Virus record (IMG/VR): IMGVR_UViG_3300044805_000534
Length of the DNA: 37,753 nt
DNA from: an uncultured virus (IMG/VR IMGVR_UViG_3300044805_000534)
Taxonomy: Duplodnaviria; Heunggongvirae; Uroviricota; Caudoviricetes
Strand: one strand, 5' to 3'
Part shown: piece by piece, positions 9,450 through 18,902 of the stretch
Layout of the letters: each line of letters begins with the position of its first letter
How positions within the stretch are numbered: position 1 is the first letter of the stretch
Notes under the pieces: model-generated
The model's database searches: none
What the model was told of the DNA's origin: nothing
What the model saw: the letters and a program-made list of their open reading frames with translations, nothing else
Made by a program: the position numbers and the translations under genes

Positions 9450-10003
9450 TAGTTACCTTGTACAATCATAAATTCTAGTTCGCCAAGATCGTCAACACCT
9501 TGTTCGTTCATCCATTCACGGCGTTGGTCCCACTCTACTTCGTCCTCCGGATCGCCAAAATCAATATGCTTATTGATAATTTCGCTAGTTTTTCTTCTAA
9601 GAGCTTGGATTGCTTGGTCAATTTCTGGATCGCTACCCCACTCGTCTATCATATTATCCCAACGCTCGTCAAATTCTTCCTTAGGCGCAAGCCCTAGGTC
9701 TCTAAGGCGGTCTTCAATTTTAGCAGAATCCTCTTCACTTTCATATACGTCGCCTCCTTCATAATCGGCGTCAGCTTCTTCTGGAGTTGCAAAATCGCCG
9801 CAGTCTGAACAAACGCCGTAGTTTAAATTAAATTGAGCTCCACAACAATTTGAGTGTAGACCTTGCCAAGAAGTTGGATCGTCTAAATCAATTTCACGCT
9901 TAGGGCGCAGGCCTAATTCACCTAGTCTGGCCTTTATCTTTTCTTCTTCTGGAGAATCAAAGACCCCTTCGTTAAGAAACTGTTTAAATTTTAGTGCTTT
10001 CAT
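9446..10003 (-). CDS. Putative head-packaged protein with Zn ribbon
   Basis: Leader MKALKFKQFLNE; two RLxxLGL motifs; SNCCGA...CSDC. Confidence 0.85.
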   Translation of the reverse strand: MKALKFKQFLNEGVFDSPEEEKIKARLGELGLRPKREIDLDDPTSWQGLHSNCCGAQFNLNYGVCSDCGDFATPEEADADYEGGDVYESEEDSAKIEDRLRDLGLAPKEEFDERWDNMIDEWGSDPEIDQAIQALRRKTSEIINKHIDFGDPEDEVEWDQRREWMNEQGVDDLGELEFMIVQGNY

Positions 10004-10060
10004 AATTATATTTATTTGCGCAATAGAGGATCAAATAGCCTAATTTGTGTATAATAAAAC

Positions 10061-10471
10061 ATGTCGATCATTAACTGGGAACTGTGGCACAGGATTAAAG
10101 GTGCAAATATACCGATCGTAACAAAACTCGATCCACGATTTAAGATGAAAAAGAAAACAAAAATACAGCAAATTGTCAGGGATTGGCAAGAGGCTAGTCC
10201 GGCTGAGGTTTGGGAAGGGGTAAGAGATAATTTTCTCTTTGGATTTATTGGTGCTACCCTAGTGGTGTTTATTGCAACGCGAACAGACCTTGCCGTTTTT
10301 ATCGGCTATATTACCTATTATTTTTATATGGGCCGAATTGTCAATCGACCTAAATATGTAACTGACCTTGGTAAATTGGTAGTGTTTCCAATTCCTAGTG
10401 CACTGGGTGCTTTTACTGGATATAAACTTTCATACTTATTAATACAACTAACTAATCAATGGCTGGCATAG
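10061..10471 (+). CDS. Membrane protein
   Basis: About three hydrophobic helices; TATAAT upstream; start could be the later Met (MKKK). Confidence 0.7.
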   Translation: MSIINWELWHRIKGANIPIVTKLDPRFKMKKKTKIQQIVRDWQEASPAEVWEGVRDNFLFGFIGATLVVFIATRTDLAVFIGYITYYFYMGRIVNRPKYVTDLGKLVVFPIPSALGAFTGYKLSYLLIQLTNQWLA

Positions 10472-10770
10472 TTAAATCACTTAATTTAGGTCACTTTAAA
10501 GCGACCATGGTAATTCGTCACAAGTGGGAAAATTACCGAAATTCTGAATACTCAACCAAAATGATGGATGACATTACACTATGGCATCGACGTTATCAGT
10601 TAGGTATTTGGTTTAAAAAAGACATGGCAGTCGGCACCCGTAAAAAGGGTAAGGCGATGTTTGCCAAGTCAAACCTATCGCCAAGTTGGTATATTGGATT
10701 CGACCTAATCTGGATTAAAGTTTGGTTTAACTTTAACTGGAAGGTCTTAACCTTTAAAATAGATGACTAG
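10459..10770 (+). CDS. Hypothetical protein
   Basis: Overlapping operon member. Confidence 0.7.
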   Translation: MAGIVKSLNLGHFKATMVIRHKWENYRNSEYSTKMMDDITLWHRRYQLGIWFKKDMAVGTRKKGKAMFAKSNLSPSWYIGFDLIWIKVWFNFNWKVLTFKIDD

Positions 10771-11378
10771 TGACTAATAATTTTAGCCAAATTTCCAAGC
10801 TACTTCAATTCCGAAGTGATGATGATTTCTATCATCTACAAATTATCAAGCGTAAAAAGGACCATCCAGAAATTGGATCAAATTCGCTTGTGGTCAAGAC
10901 ATATTATATTAAGTCCCATGACCACTTAGCCAAAGTTGGCCCAGAAATTATTGCACTTTGCGATTTTCATGGAGCGCGAGCCTGTATTAATCTTAATCGT
11001 CGATCATTTGAAAGGATGGCTTTTCATACCCTAAAGAAAATAACTGATCAAATTATGAACAGGGATTTTAGGTCTGTTCGTAAAGCTTATGAATCAGTTT
11101 GTGGAGCCTACTCAAATGAACCTAACAAAAGTTGGATAATTGATATTGACAATATTTCGCTTGATGGATTTAATCATAGCCCTGATATGATTGCATTAAG
11201 AGAAAAGATTATTGAACTACAGCTTGAAATTGGTGGAGAACCACGAATGGATTTTATTAAGACTCGCAGCGGAGTTCATATTATTTGTCGACCATTTAAT
11301 CTACAAAAATTTAAGGAAGAATTTCCAGAGGTTGATGTACATAAAGATAATCCAACAATTTTATACATATCAGCATGA
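10770..11378 (+). CDS. Phage protein with AEP/PrimPol-like motifs
   Basis: IIDID (DxD) and KTRSGVHII (T.SG.H) motifs. Confidence 0.55.
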   Translation: MTNNFSQISKLLQFRSDDDFYHLQIIKRKKDHPEIGSNSLVVKTYYIKSHDHLAKVGPEIIALCDFHGARACINLNRRSFERMAFHTLKKITDQIMNRDFRSVRKAYESVCGAYSNEPNKSWIIDIDNISLDGFNHSPDMIALREKIIELQLEIGGEPRMDFIKTRSGVHIICRPFNLQKFKEEFPEVDVHKDNPTILYISA

Positions 11379-11614
11379 AGACTAGACTATCAAGAAAGGG
11401 AGTTGACCTAGGTGAAGACCGACAAGGCGGCATGTTTGGGCTATTTGATTCCCTAATTAAGGAGACTTGCCGAATTAGTGAAGATGAATTGGATCTACTA
11501 TGCGAAACTGCAACTGAAGATGAGCTTGATTTAGCAGTAGCGGATCGGCTATCATTTGCAGACAAGAGACTACTCTTAAAATTTTTAGAAGAAAAAATTT
11601 ATAATAAATCATGA
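11375..11614 (+). CDS. Hypothetical protein
   Basis: ATGA-coupled operon member. Confidence 0.7.
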   Translation: MKTRLSRKGVDLGEDRQGGMFGLFDSLIKETCRISEDELDLLCETATEDELDLAVADRLSFADKRLLLKFLEEKIYNKS

Positions 11615-11982
11615 CATACGAAAATTTCTTAAAACTGACACTGGGTCTACAAAAGACCTCTAGACAATTAGAAGACCTCAATAAATTAGGGGTCGACCTG
11701 ATTGATTTTACTGATCCTTATAGTACAATCATCCATAACCTATTGGGTGAAATCTGGACTCCCGAGGGTGTCGACTGGCTAACCTGGTTTATGTGGGAAG
11801 CTGACTTTGGCACCAAAGATTTTAGCAAAACCCCAAGTTATAAAAAGGTCGATGGCAAAATGGTTAAAGTCGAAGGGGACAGGTGGGGAGCACATGACGA
11901 AAATGGCGAACCTATTTGCTATTCTCATGAATCTACTTGGGAATTCCTAAAACAATATGAACTTGCCAAAGGCGCAGAGTAG
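11611..11982 (+). CDS. Hypothetical protein
   Basis: ATGA-coupled; W..WF.WE.DFG pattern. Confidence 0.75.
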   Translation: MTYENFLKLTLGLQKTSRQLEDLNKLGVDLIDFTDPYSTIIHNLLGEIWTPEGVDWLTWFMWEADFGTKDFSKTPSYKKVDGKMVKVEGDRWGAHDENGEPICYSHESTWEFLKQYELAKGAE

Positions 11983-12017
11983 TTAGTATATTAAATTTAA
12001 CCAAAATTAGATTTAAT

Positions 12018-12419
12018 ATGAAAAAGCAAATTTTAACTATCTTAACCTGTTTAGCGTCAATCACAGTATTTTCGCAAACTACCGAAATTAACTTAAGTTT
12101 AAGTGCAGTTGAAACTGCAAGTGTTAGTAAAGTTAATGGATATTTAGTATGGAGTAATCAAATTAACACTAAATCATCGGCCTTAATCACTGACAGCTGT
12201 GTAGTATTAACTGACGATATTGGTAAAGAAACTAACTATCGGGTCCTAACTACTTCAACTGGATTTACCGAAACTACTATTAAGCTTTTTGTAATCAACG
12301 ATTTATCTGGTAAATTCTACAATATTGAATTCTTTACTACAGATAATAACACGACTGCCGTAGTATTGCACATATCCAATATGGAAAGTGTTATCCACTA
12401 CACAGGTTCTAAATTATAA
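12018..12419 (+). CDS. Secreted beta-rich protein
   Basis: Bacteroidota-style signal peptide MKKQILTIL...FS|Q. Confidence 0.7.
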   Translation: MKKQILTILTCLASITVFSQTTEINLSLSAVETASVSKVNGYLVWSNQINTKSSALITDSCVVLTDDIGKETNYRVLTTSTGFTETTIKLFVINDLSGKFYNIEFFTTDNNTTAVVLHISNMESVIHYTGSKL

Positions 12420-12435
12420 TTGACTCTATTTAAAT

Positions 12436-12463
12436 AAAAAGTCCTGCCATTGGCAGGACTTTT
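12436..12463. terminator. Bidirectional intrinsic terminator
   Basis: AAAAGTCCTGCCA-t-TGGCAGGACTTTT between convergent genes. Confidence 0.85.
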
Positions 12464-12489
12464 GTTGTTTTATATTAAGCTTGATACTA

Positions 12490-14034
12490 TTAACTGTTAG
12501 GGACAGCTGGCTGAGCTATAACTGTTCCCTTAGGTAAAATTTTATTAATAACATCACCTTTATTGTATTGAACATTATTTATTGTAAATACCTTATTTAC
12601 TAGATAGGTATTATCTTTTTGTTTAGCAACTGTGCCGTTTGTTAGGTAATTTTGAAGAGCTTGGTCAGAATTAAGTGTTCCAACTTTATTTGCTGCAAAT
12701 GCTACTTTAACTCCAGTTAAGGTAGGCCCGGTTGCAGTAGTAACTGCTCCTTTAGCGTCTGCACTTTTTGGAACCGCTGTATTTTGAACTCCTAGGTTAT
12801 TTCCGCATAGGTCAGTTTTAGCAAGTTCGCCATTATCAGTTTTAGGATAAGTTGGGAAACCTTTTGTAATATTACCGTCAGATCCATATATCCATACGTG
12901 AGGTGCATCTGTATGACAAGCTAACCCTTTAGGTACACTATAGCCATCACCATTTTTTATACACCTAGCTCTAACTACCAGTGTCTTACCGTCGCCGGCT
13001 GATGCAATTTTCTTAACTAGGGCAGCATCATCTAAACGAAATACGTTTCGTCTAACACCGCCGTTAACCGCACCGCTATAGACTTTGTATAATTCATCGG
13101 TTGGCCCTTTTGAATTACTCATACTTGCAAAAGGCAGACCGGCTGGAATATAGCCCGACTCAGTCTTTCCACCATATGAAGTTTTTAGAGGAATTCCATT
13201 CACGGTTATTTCAAAATTTGCATGGTCACATGAATGACCAATTGTTGTATCATCATAGTTAACATAAATTTTCATACCTAATGCGCATTGACCTATTCCT
13301 GCATCTTGAACTACTATAAATTGAACAGTTGTTTTTTGATCTGCGTCATAACCCTTTTTAAGTCTAGTATATTCAAGATTAATTGCCATTGCTGCCTTTT
13401 TTACAGGGTCAGCTTCTCTCATCCATGTGCGATAATCATCCCAGCCGCCAGACGGTTCAGTTAAGGTTTTGGCCTCTTCAAAAATAAGTCTAGCCTCTGG
13501 TAATTTAGAAATAGTTCCAGCCTGAAATAATGGTTTAAGTACATCACTAACATATGCTGCAATTTTCTCTTTACGCTTTTCAGATAACCAACCGGTTGCC
13601 TTTTGGCCAGTGCCGCCTTCCATATCAAAGTTTGGAATAATTGATTCGCTAGATTTAATAATAACTTTAGATACCCAAGTTTTAGCAGGTTCCGCTTTAA
13701 GGAAAGCTATCATATTATCAAGAGTTTCTTTAAATCTGTCTGAGTTTTTAAATGTTTTAGGCTCGCCAACCTTTGGTTTGGTTGTATGGTCTACTGAATA
13801 GTAACCTGATCCATAAAGACATAAAATATCTTTAGAGTTTCCGCCTTTGCCTGCAACAAACGGGCCAAATGTCTCGCCGGCTTCGTCAATTGGTTGAATC
13901 GCATTTGCTTCGTGATTGGCCATTACCTGGTCAATACTAATACTTTCGGTAATAAATGAGTGACTTGCACAACCGCACTCGCTAATTGGGTTTTGTTTTT
14001 CAAATAACCAATCGTGGTATTTCTTAATTTCCAT
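12490..14034 (-). CDS. Large putative head-packaged protein with possible OmpA-C-like domain
   Basis: Leader MEIKKYHDWLFE; L.N.I.FLK.EP...II.SSES...LSEKR...I..YV pattern; GATAAATA at 14058-14065 (minus). Confidence 0.75.
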   Translation of the reverse strand: MEIKKYHDWLFEKQNPISECGCASHSFITESISIDQVMANHEANAIQPIDEAGETFGPFVAGKGGNSKDILCLYGSGYYSVDHTTKPKVGEPKTFKNSDRFKETLDNMIAFLKAEPAKTWVSKVIIKSSESIIPNFDMEGGTGQKATGWLSEKRKEKIAAYVSDVLKPLFQAGTISKLPEARLIFEEAKTLTEPSGGWDDYRTWMREADPVKKAAMAINLEYTRLKKGYDADQKTTVQFIVVQDAGIGQCALGMKIYVNYDDTTIGHSCDHANFEITVNGIPLKTSYGGKTESGYIPAGLPFASMSNSKGPTDELYKVYSGAVNGGVRRNVFRLDDAALVKKIASAGDGKTLVVRARCIKNGDGYSVPKGLACHTDAPHVWIYGSDGNITKGFPTYPKTDNGELAKTDLCGNNLGVQNTAVPKSADAKGAVTTATGPTLTGVKVAFAANKVGTLNSDQALQNYLTNGTVAKQKDNTYLVNKVFTINNVQYNKGDVINKILPKGTVIAQPAVPNS

Positions 14035-14126
14035 TAACTTTTTAGTTTATTTGTAGTTATTTATCTTTCCAGGAAAGATCTTGTTTATTATACTTAGGTA
14101 TAAGATCTTGAACAAAATTTAATATA

Positions 14127-14405
14127 ATGAAAAAATCAAGTATTGTTGCCGCCGTTGCAACTGGGTTAGTACTTTTAACCATTGCGGTTAGCTCAATTGT
14201 GTCAAACCGCAAACTGGCTGGGCAAGTCGCCGCACAAAAGCAATTTATTGAACAGCGCGAGGCCCTAATTGATTCGCTGCATGCCGAACTATTTATTGCC
14301 AATGTTACAATTGCCCGTACTGAATTTACGCTCGAGTGGCTAAACGAGGTCAATCCACCAGCATTTATTCAGTTTAGTCAGTACTATGATCATCAGACTG
14401 AATAG
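14127..14405 (+). CDS. N-terminal TM anchor plus coiled-coil protein
   Basis: Hydrophobic N-helix then heptad pattern; TAGGTATAAG upstream. Confidence 0.7.
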   Translation: MKKSSIVAAVATGLVLLTIAVSSIVSNRKLAGQVAAQKQFIEQREALIDSLHAELFIANVTIARTEFTLEWLNEVNPPAFIQFSQYYDHQTE

Positions 14406-14440
14406 TGGCAAATAAATAACTCAAATAAATCTATTATAGG

Positions 14441-15076
14441 ATGCCACAACACATTAAATTATTTGAAAGCTGGTTAGGCGATATCGCAGATAAGGTAAAG
14501 TCTGCCTTTACTGGCGAACCGGGAGCAGACTCTGCCGAAGTCTCAGATTCGGAATTTAAACAGGAGTTTAAACAAGAAATTGAAGATATTTCAGCCCAAG
14601 CGACCCAGCCACGAATGGACCCGCTAAAAGACGACAAATATTTTGTTGTACACCATACTGCAGGTCGAGGCCGTGCTGAGGATGTAGTTAATGTTTTAAA
14701 TGATCGCGGACTTGGAGTCCAGTGGGTTATTGATCGTGATGGTAAAGTATTTCAAACCTTACCTGATGGTGTAGTTGGCTGGCATGCTGGTCATAGTGAT
14801 CAAAAGGATGCCCCACATGACTTGCAGAATCAAACTGCTCAGGGCGTAGAGGTTATTGCTAAAGACGATGCTGATGTTTTACCTATCCAGGTGGTTGCAG
14901 CTTTTAAACTAATGAAATATCTTGGTTATGAAAAGGATGCAGTTTGGGGACATGGTGAAGTAACCTATAATAAACAGGCAACTGAGGGCCAAACTATAGT
15001 TGATTACTGGCGAGAAAATTTTGATAAGACCCCAGCCCAGGTTGAGGCGGATCTTATTGGTGGAGACCTAGCCTAG
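14441..15076 (+). CDS. N-acetylmuramoyl-L-alanine amidase (Amidase_2 / T7 lysozyme-like)
   Basis: VVHHTAG, WVIDRDG.V, GWHAG, GVEV, WGHGE motifs; leader HIKLFES; AATAAATA at 14411-14418. Confidence 0.85.
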   Translation: MPQHIKLFESWLGDIADKVKSAFTGEPGADSAEVSDSEFKQEFKQEIEDISAQATQPRMDPLKDDKYFVVHHTAGRGRAEDVVNVLNDRGLGVQWVIDRDGKVFQTLPDGVVGWHAGHSDQKDAPHDLQNQTAQGVEVIAKDDADVLPIQVVAAFKLMKYLGYEKDAVWGHGEVTYNKQATEGQTIVDYWRENFDKTPAQVEADLIGGDLA

Positions 15077-15103
15077 CTAGACTCACCTATATCTTAAATT
15101 ACT

Positions 15104-15128
15104 AAAGAGGCGCCTAGCCTCTTTTTTT
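15104..15128 (+). terminator. Intrinsic terminator
   Basis: AAAGAGGC-gccta-GCCTCTTT plus T run. Confidence 0.8.
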
Positions 15129-15194
15129 ATGCAGTATTCCTGGACCCCGCCGAGTGCGCCCGCGCAAGGGGGTTGGGGTTAAGAGTGGTGAGGC

Positions 15195-15767
15195 CTAGCG
15201 CCTACCCCAGCGCCAACTACGACCATGGGCATCAAGTGCAACTTGGTACATAAATCTGGCCAGGGCTGTACCCGGCTCAGTTAAGCCATCGAATATAACC
15301 TGACGGTTAGAGGTTGGTTGGCCAATTCGACCAGAGTTACGTAGAGAACCTGGGAAAATCCAGTATTCAAACCTAGAGCTCAATGAGGTCTCCATCTCCA
15401 TTTGACGCTGCCACTGCTGCAGCTCCCCTTTTATCTTTGCATAGCGTGCCTCTTGAGCAGGGCTTAAGCCCTTAGGCAAGTCAGCAGTAAAGAGAATTTC
15501 GGCTGCATCAGCTGGGCTAATTTTAAGCACGACTGTACCATTATCCGCCTGGCGGCCTGTTGCCCAATCCCGCCACTCTAGCCCAAGATCCGCAAATAGG
15601 GTCTTGAGGGCGGCAACAAATTCGCTACGATACTGTTTATCCAAACCAAGCTCCTGTAATTTCTGTTTAAAATCCTCGGGTTCTATTAAGCCTAGTGCCA
15701 ACATGCGCCTAGCTGCGGCAATCTCTTCAGCGGATTCAAATAGGCGGTATGGTTTTAAATATTTCAT
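15195..15767 (-). CDS. Putative head-packaged protein
   Basis: Leader MKYLKPYRLFES; RMLALGL and KLQELGL motifs. Confidence 0.8.
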   Translation of the reverse strand: MKYLKPYRLFESAEEIAAARRMLALGLIEPEDFKQKLQELGLDKQYRSEFVAALKTLFADLGLEWRDWATGRQADNGTVVLKISPADAAEILFTADLPKGLSPAQEARYAKIKGELQQWQRQMEMETSLSSRFEYWIFPGSLRNSGRIGQPTSNRQVIFDGLTEPGTALARFMYQVALDAHGRSWRWGRR

Positions 15768-15769
15768 AG

Positions 15770-16420
15770 TTAGTTGGTTTCTTCTATTTCAACACCGATA
15801 AATGGTACAAAGACCTTGTCCATCCACTTGATAATTTCGTCTGCTATCCACCTACTCTGTGCAACCGTGCTTGGTATCCATTGATACCCACCAATTGGTC
15901 TTTCCCAGAAATAGTCAGGTACCGTAATAAGCTGACTACTATCAAGTCGACCGGCTGCCTTTTGAAAACGAATTACCAATCTGCAATTCCATACCTTATA
16001 ACTATAGTTAACGCCCTTATCAATATAGACACTATAATAAGGATCGCGCCCGCCTTTACCCTGCTGGTGGATCCTGATTTCGTCAAATGCCAGTTTTTCT
16101 ACATCTAAATTAGGGTAGTGACTGGCTAACCGCTCCTTAACTAGCAATACTACATCATCTTTAATCTTGCTCCAATCCTCTAGATCAATCATACCTAGAT
16201 CAACAAGTCTAACATATTGGGTCCAGAAAGGATCCGCAGATTCGGTAATAGCAGGGGTATTGTCATGCCAGCACTTGTGACATAGATAGGGATTGGTTTC
16301 GCCGCCATCCAAGCCATCCGCTAGATTCCAACTCCAGTTACAGCTTTTACCACTGCAGTGCACAACACCAGACTGGACCTCTTCGGTAATAAAATCTTTG
16401 TATAGTCTGATATGTTTCAT
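15770..16420 (-). CDS. Putative head-packaged protein with Zn ribbon
   Basis: Leader MKHIRLYKDFITE; CSGKSC...CHKC; RLVDLGM motif. Confidence 0.8.
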   Translation of the reverse strand: MKHIRLYKDFITEEVQSGVVHCSGKSCNWSWNLADGLDGGETNPYLCHKCWHDNTPAITESADPFWTQYVRLVDLGMIDLEDWSKIKDDVVLLVKERLASHYPNLDVEKLAFDEIRIHQQGKGGRDPYYSVYIDKGVNYSYKVWNCRLVIRFQKAAGRLDSSQLITVPDYFWERPIGGYQWIPSTVAQSRWIADEIIKWMDKVFVPFIGVEIEETN

Positions 16421-16423
16421 AGA

Positions 16424-16849
16424 TTAATATCTACTTGTTTTGATGCCTTTACCTGCTGTACTAAACTTAGCTAGGGTTGCTGTATCGGATTTAGCAAGAC
16501 TCTGCTGTATTGCTGAAATAACTACCTTAACCATTTCTTGTAGATCTGGAGTTGCATCGTCTACAATTGGATCTGCACCTAACCAGTCTGGATCAGGAGT
16601 TACCCCGTCCCTCTTGTCTTCAGCATAGATATCAGTAACCTTAATAACTACCATGGCAGTTATCTTATCTCCAGTTGCCTTTTCTAAGCTGGTCTTAAGT
16701 TTTTCACGGTTAATATCTAGATAACCTCTAACTGCTGACCAGTCTGTTACCCCCTCGATAGGTTCCACGGTACCACCTAATTGAGTAGCCAATTGATCTA
16801 AGGCTACTGCCTCTACTAGATACTCACTAAATCTTTTAATCCTGTTCAT
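16424..16849 (-). CDS. Putative head-packaged protein (start revised)
   Basis: ATG at 16849 gives MNRIKRFSEYLVE; AATAAATA at 16875-16882 (minus). Confidence 0.75.
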   Translation of the reverse strand: MNRIKRFSEYLVEAVALDQLATQLGGTVEPIEGVTDWSAVRGYLDINREKLKTSLEKATGDKITAMVVIKVTDIYAEDKRDGVTPDPDWLGADPIVDDATPDLQEMVKVVISAIQQSLAKSDTATLAKFSTAGKGIKTSRY

Positions 16850-16891
16850 AATAATATTGTTATAGTTATAAAGATATTTATTAGCAAAAGA

Positions 16892-17280
16892 CCTGGACAA
16901 CAGCCCCCAAGCCAGGGGAAATTCGCCACCAGTAGAAATGCCCCGAGGAAAAGCCCCTGGATAAATGAATCTAGGCAAAAAGGTCTGGACCACTAGCCAA
17001 GCCGGGGAGACAAGAGAAAAAAGTAAAAATGCTTGCTTCCCCCTGGCTACAAAAACTTATACCAGGGATAGGCCCCGGGGCAGCCCCTGGACAGCTCCCC
17101 AGGGTCACCCAGGAGCAGTCTGGACCTGTCCTGGTGTACCCCAGGAGTCACCTGGAGACAGCTGCCAGGACGGTCCCCAGGGCAGCCAGGAGCAGTACCA
17201 GACCGGTCCTGGGTAGGTATTATATAGCCTCCTGGGCTAGCCTGACCAGCAGCTCCAGGCAGGTCTCCAGCCGGTCCAGC
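16892..17280. repeat. GC-rich array of CCWGG pentamers
   Basis: 17 exact CCWGG sites plus near variants; 9-14 bp spacing in the core. Confidence 0.85.
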
Positions 17281-17354
17281 AGGAGGTATTGCACTAGCCC
17301 TGTACCTACTCTGCGCAGGTAAACCTATACCCCTAGCCTAGTATAATAACTATA

Positions 17355-17660
17355 ATGCTAAACCAAAAGGAGATGCCTGAATACTTATCTACACTAATTA
17401 AAGACCGAATCCTTACTGGGCTGGAAGGAGTAGGTCGAGACCAGCAGGCGATACGCCACTGTCTAGGCAAGATAGTCGAAGACCTAGGTAAAACAGCAGG
17501 CGAAGAGGATTGGAGTGCAGAGTATCTTGAATACTTATTACATGCTCTATACCATGCCTGTATTACTGCGCTCGACGTGGCGGTTGCTAGGGAAGAATAT
17601 GAATGGGCTGCTGAGTTATTCTATCGGGTTAAACGCGAAGCAGCTATAAACAAACTATAA
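17355..17660 (+). CDS. Protein with UVR-like motif
   Basis: LDVAVAREEYEWAAELF; TAGTATAAT at 17339. Confidence 0.75.
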   Translation: MLNQKEMPEYLSTLIKDRILTGLEGVGRDQQAIRHCLGKIVEDLGKTAGEEDWSAEYLEYLLHALYHACITALDVAVAREEYEWAAELFYRVKREAAINKL

Positions 17661-17663
17661 CAT

Positions 17664-17849
17664 ATGCAGATACAAGACTTTAAACCGGGAGATACTATCC
17701 AATGGTTACAGAAATTCGAAGAGCTAGAAGCCCCTATCACGGGTATTGTAGAAGTAGTAGCACCAGACGTGCTAACTGTGCGCGATAACCTTGGCCAGTT
17801 TTGGCAGGTAACAGCTGAAGATAGCCCGACTAGCTGGGATAATTGTTAA
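17664..17849 (+). CDS. Small SH3-like beta protein
   Basis: FKPGD.I.W...G.V..V pattern. Confidence 0.65.
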   Translation: MQIQDFKPGDTIQWLQKFEELEAPITGIVEVVAPDVLTVRDNLGQFWQVTAEDSPTSWDNC

Positions 17850-17890
17850 TAACTTTATTTTTGGGTGTCAAGTTAATTGGTTATATTTAC
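17844..17890 (+). promoter_or_regulatory. Repeated early promoter (box-to-TATATT distance 38)
   Basis: TGTTAATAAC...TGTCAA...TATATTTAC. Confidence 0.75.
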
Positions 17891-17911
17891 TCTATAACTA
17901 AATGATATACG

Positions 17912-18214
17912 ATGATACACAAAGAATTTAAATTAACCGTTACCGAACCTATTCGCGAAGAGTCAGGTCGTAGTGTAAAGCCTGTCCACTGGAGTATTGG
18001 GCAAGAGTTAACCCTTAGCGAGGCCGAGTTTAGCAGGCTAAGAGGTGGCGAAGTTGTCGAGAGATTTACCAACGAAGGGAGACTCAGATTTGATAAGCAC
18101 CATTTTGCAAATGGGGTCAGGGTAATTGAAATAGAAATTACCGAGAGCGAGGTAAAGCTTGGTAATACTAGAGGTCGTAAAGAGGTAAAGCTATTTTTCA
18201 ACAGCAGCATATGA
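17912..18214 (+). CDS. Hypothetical early protein
   Basis: Directly downstream of a repeated promoter. Confidence 0.75.
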   Translation: MIHKEFKLTVTEPIREESGRSVKPVHWSIGQELTLSEAEFSRLRGGEVVERFTNEGRLRFDKHHFANGVRVIEIEITESEVKLGNTRGRKEVKLFFNSSI

Positions 18215-18222
18215 CCAGCCTC

Positions 18223-18254
18223 TTGTCAACTATCGAGAAATTGGGTATATTAGC
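18223..18254 (+). promoter_or_regulatory. Early promoter variant
   Basis: TTGTCA...GGTATATTAGC, similar to 32682-32714. Confidence 0.5.
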
Positions 18255-18319
18255 CCTAAAGATAATCGTGTTCTTTATAGTCGCGAAAGTATTATTTAAA
18301 ATCTTAAACTGGATATAAT

Positions 18320-18547
18320 ATGTCAACTAAAACAAAAGAAGCAATTTACAAACTATTTGTCGGTGTCTGTAGCTTTATGCTCGAAGCCTTTTTTCTTAAG
18401 GTAATATGGAATAGCATTGGCCCTGATCAAGGTCTACACGAAATTACCTGGCTCTCCGCAATGGGCTGGATGGTTATCGGCAAGACAGTAATGGGAACTG
18501 GTGCAATTAGGAGTGCTATCGCAGATGCCAATAAGCCAAAGGGGTAG
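18320..18547 (+). CDS. Small membrane protein
   Basis: Two hydrophobic helices. Confidence 0.7.
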   Translation: MSTKTKEAIYKLFVGVCSFMLEAFFLKVIWNSIGPDQGLHEITWLSAMGWMVIGKTVMGTGAIRSAIADANKPKG

Positions 18548-18571
18548 GTATAATAATCTAAACAATATAAA

Positions 18572-18880
18572 ATGTCTATGTCTATAAAGAAAGCATTTGC
18601 AGCATTTACTGCAAAATTTAAAACCAAACCGACTACAATGTCAAACACAGCAAACCAAACCAAGATAGGCATGACCTATCGCAAATTGCCTTACACAGCA
18701 AAATTAGCAGTTATTAACTCTCGTCTACGTCAAGGCGACTTAGTGAAAGTAGCTGCACGTACTGGATTCTCGCCTAACTACACAAGTGAAGTTATCGGTG
18801 GCTTGTACCAAAATGCAAAGATTGTAAACAAAGCTTTCGATATGACCCGCGGTCGTATCAAGAATTCTCAACTTGTCTAA
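18572..18880 (+). CDS. Basic HTH-like DNA-binding protein
   Basis: GDLVKVAARTGFSPNYTSEVIGG; TAGGTATAAT at 18545. Confidence 0.65.
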   Translation: MSMSIKKAFAAFTAKFKTKPTTMSNTANQTKIGMTYRKLPYTAKLAVINSRLRQGDLVKVAARTGFSPNYTSEVIGGLYQNAKIVNKAFDMTRGRIKNSQLV

Positions 18881-18902
18881 GTAGAGAATCTCTTAAGCCT
18901 TG

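Noticed and set aside
14127..14405. i-spanin of a lysis cassette with the amidase
   Set aside because: No embedded or adjacent lipoprotein o-spanin, and the two genes have different promoter classes.
16850..16993. N-terminal extension of ORF 16424-16993
   Set aside because: It runs through the late box and the CCWGG island; the ATG at 16849 gives the family leader.
16965..17322. Overlapping ORFs 16965-17216 and 17029-17322
   Set aside because: Open frames are expected in a GC-rich, stop-poor repeat island; composition is unlike the real genes and there is no A-rich leader.
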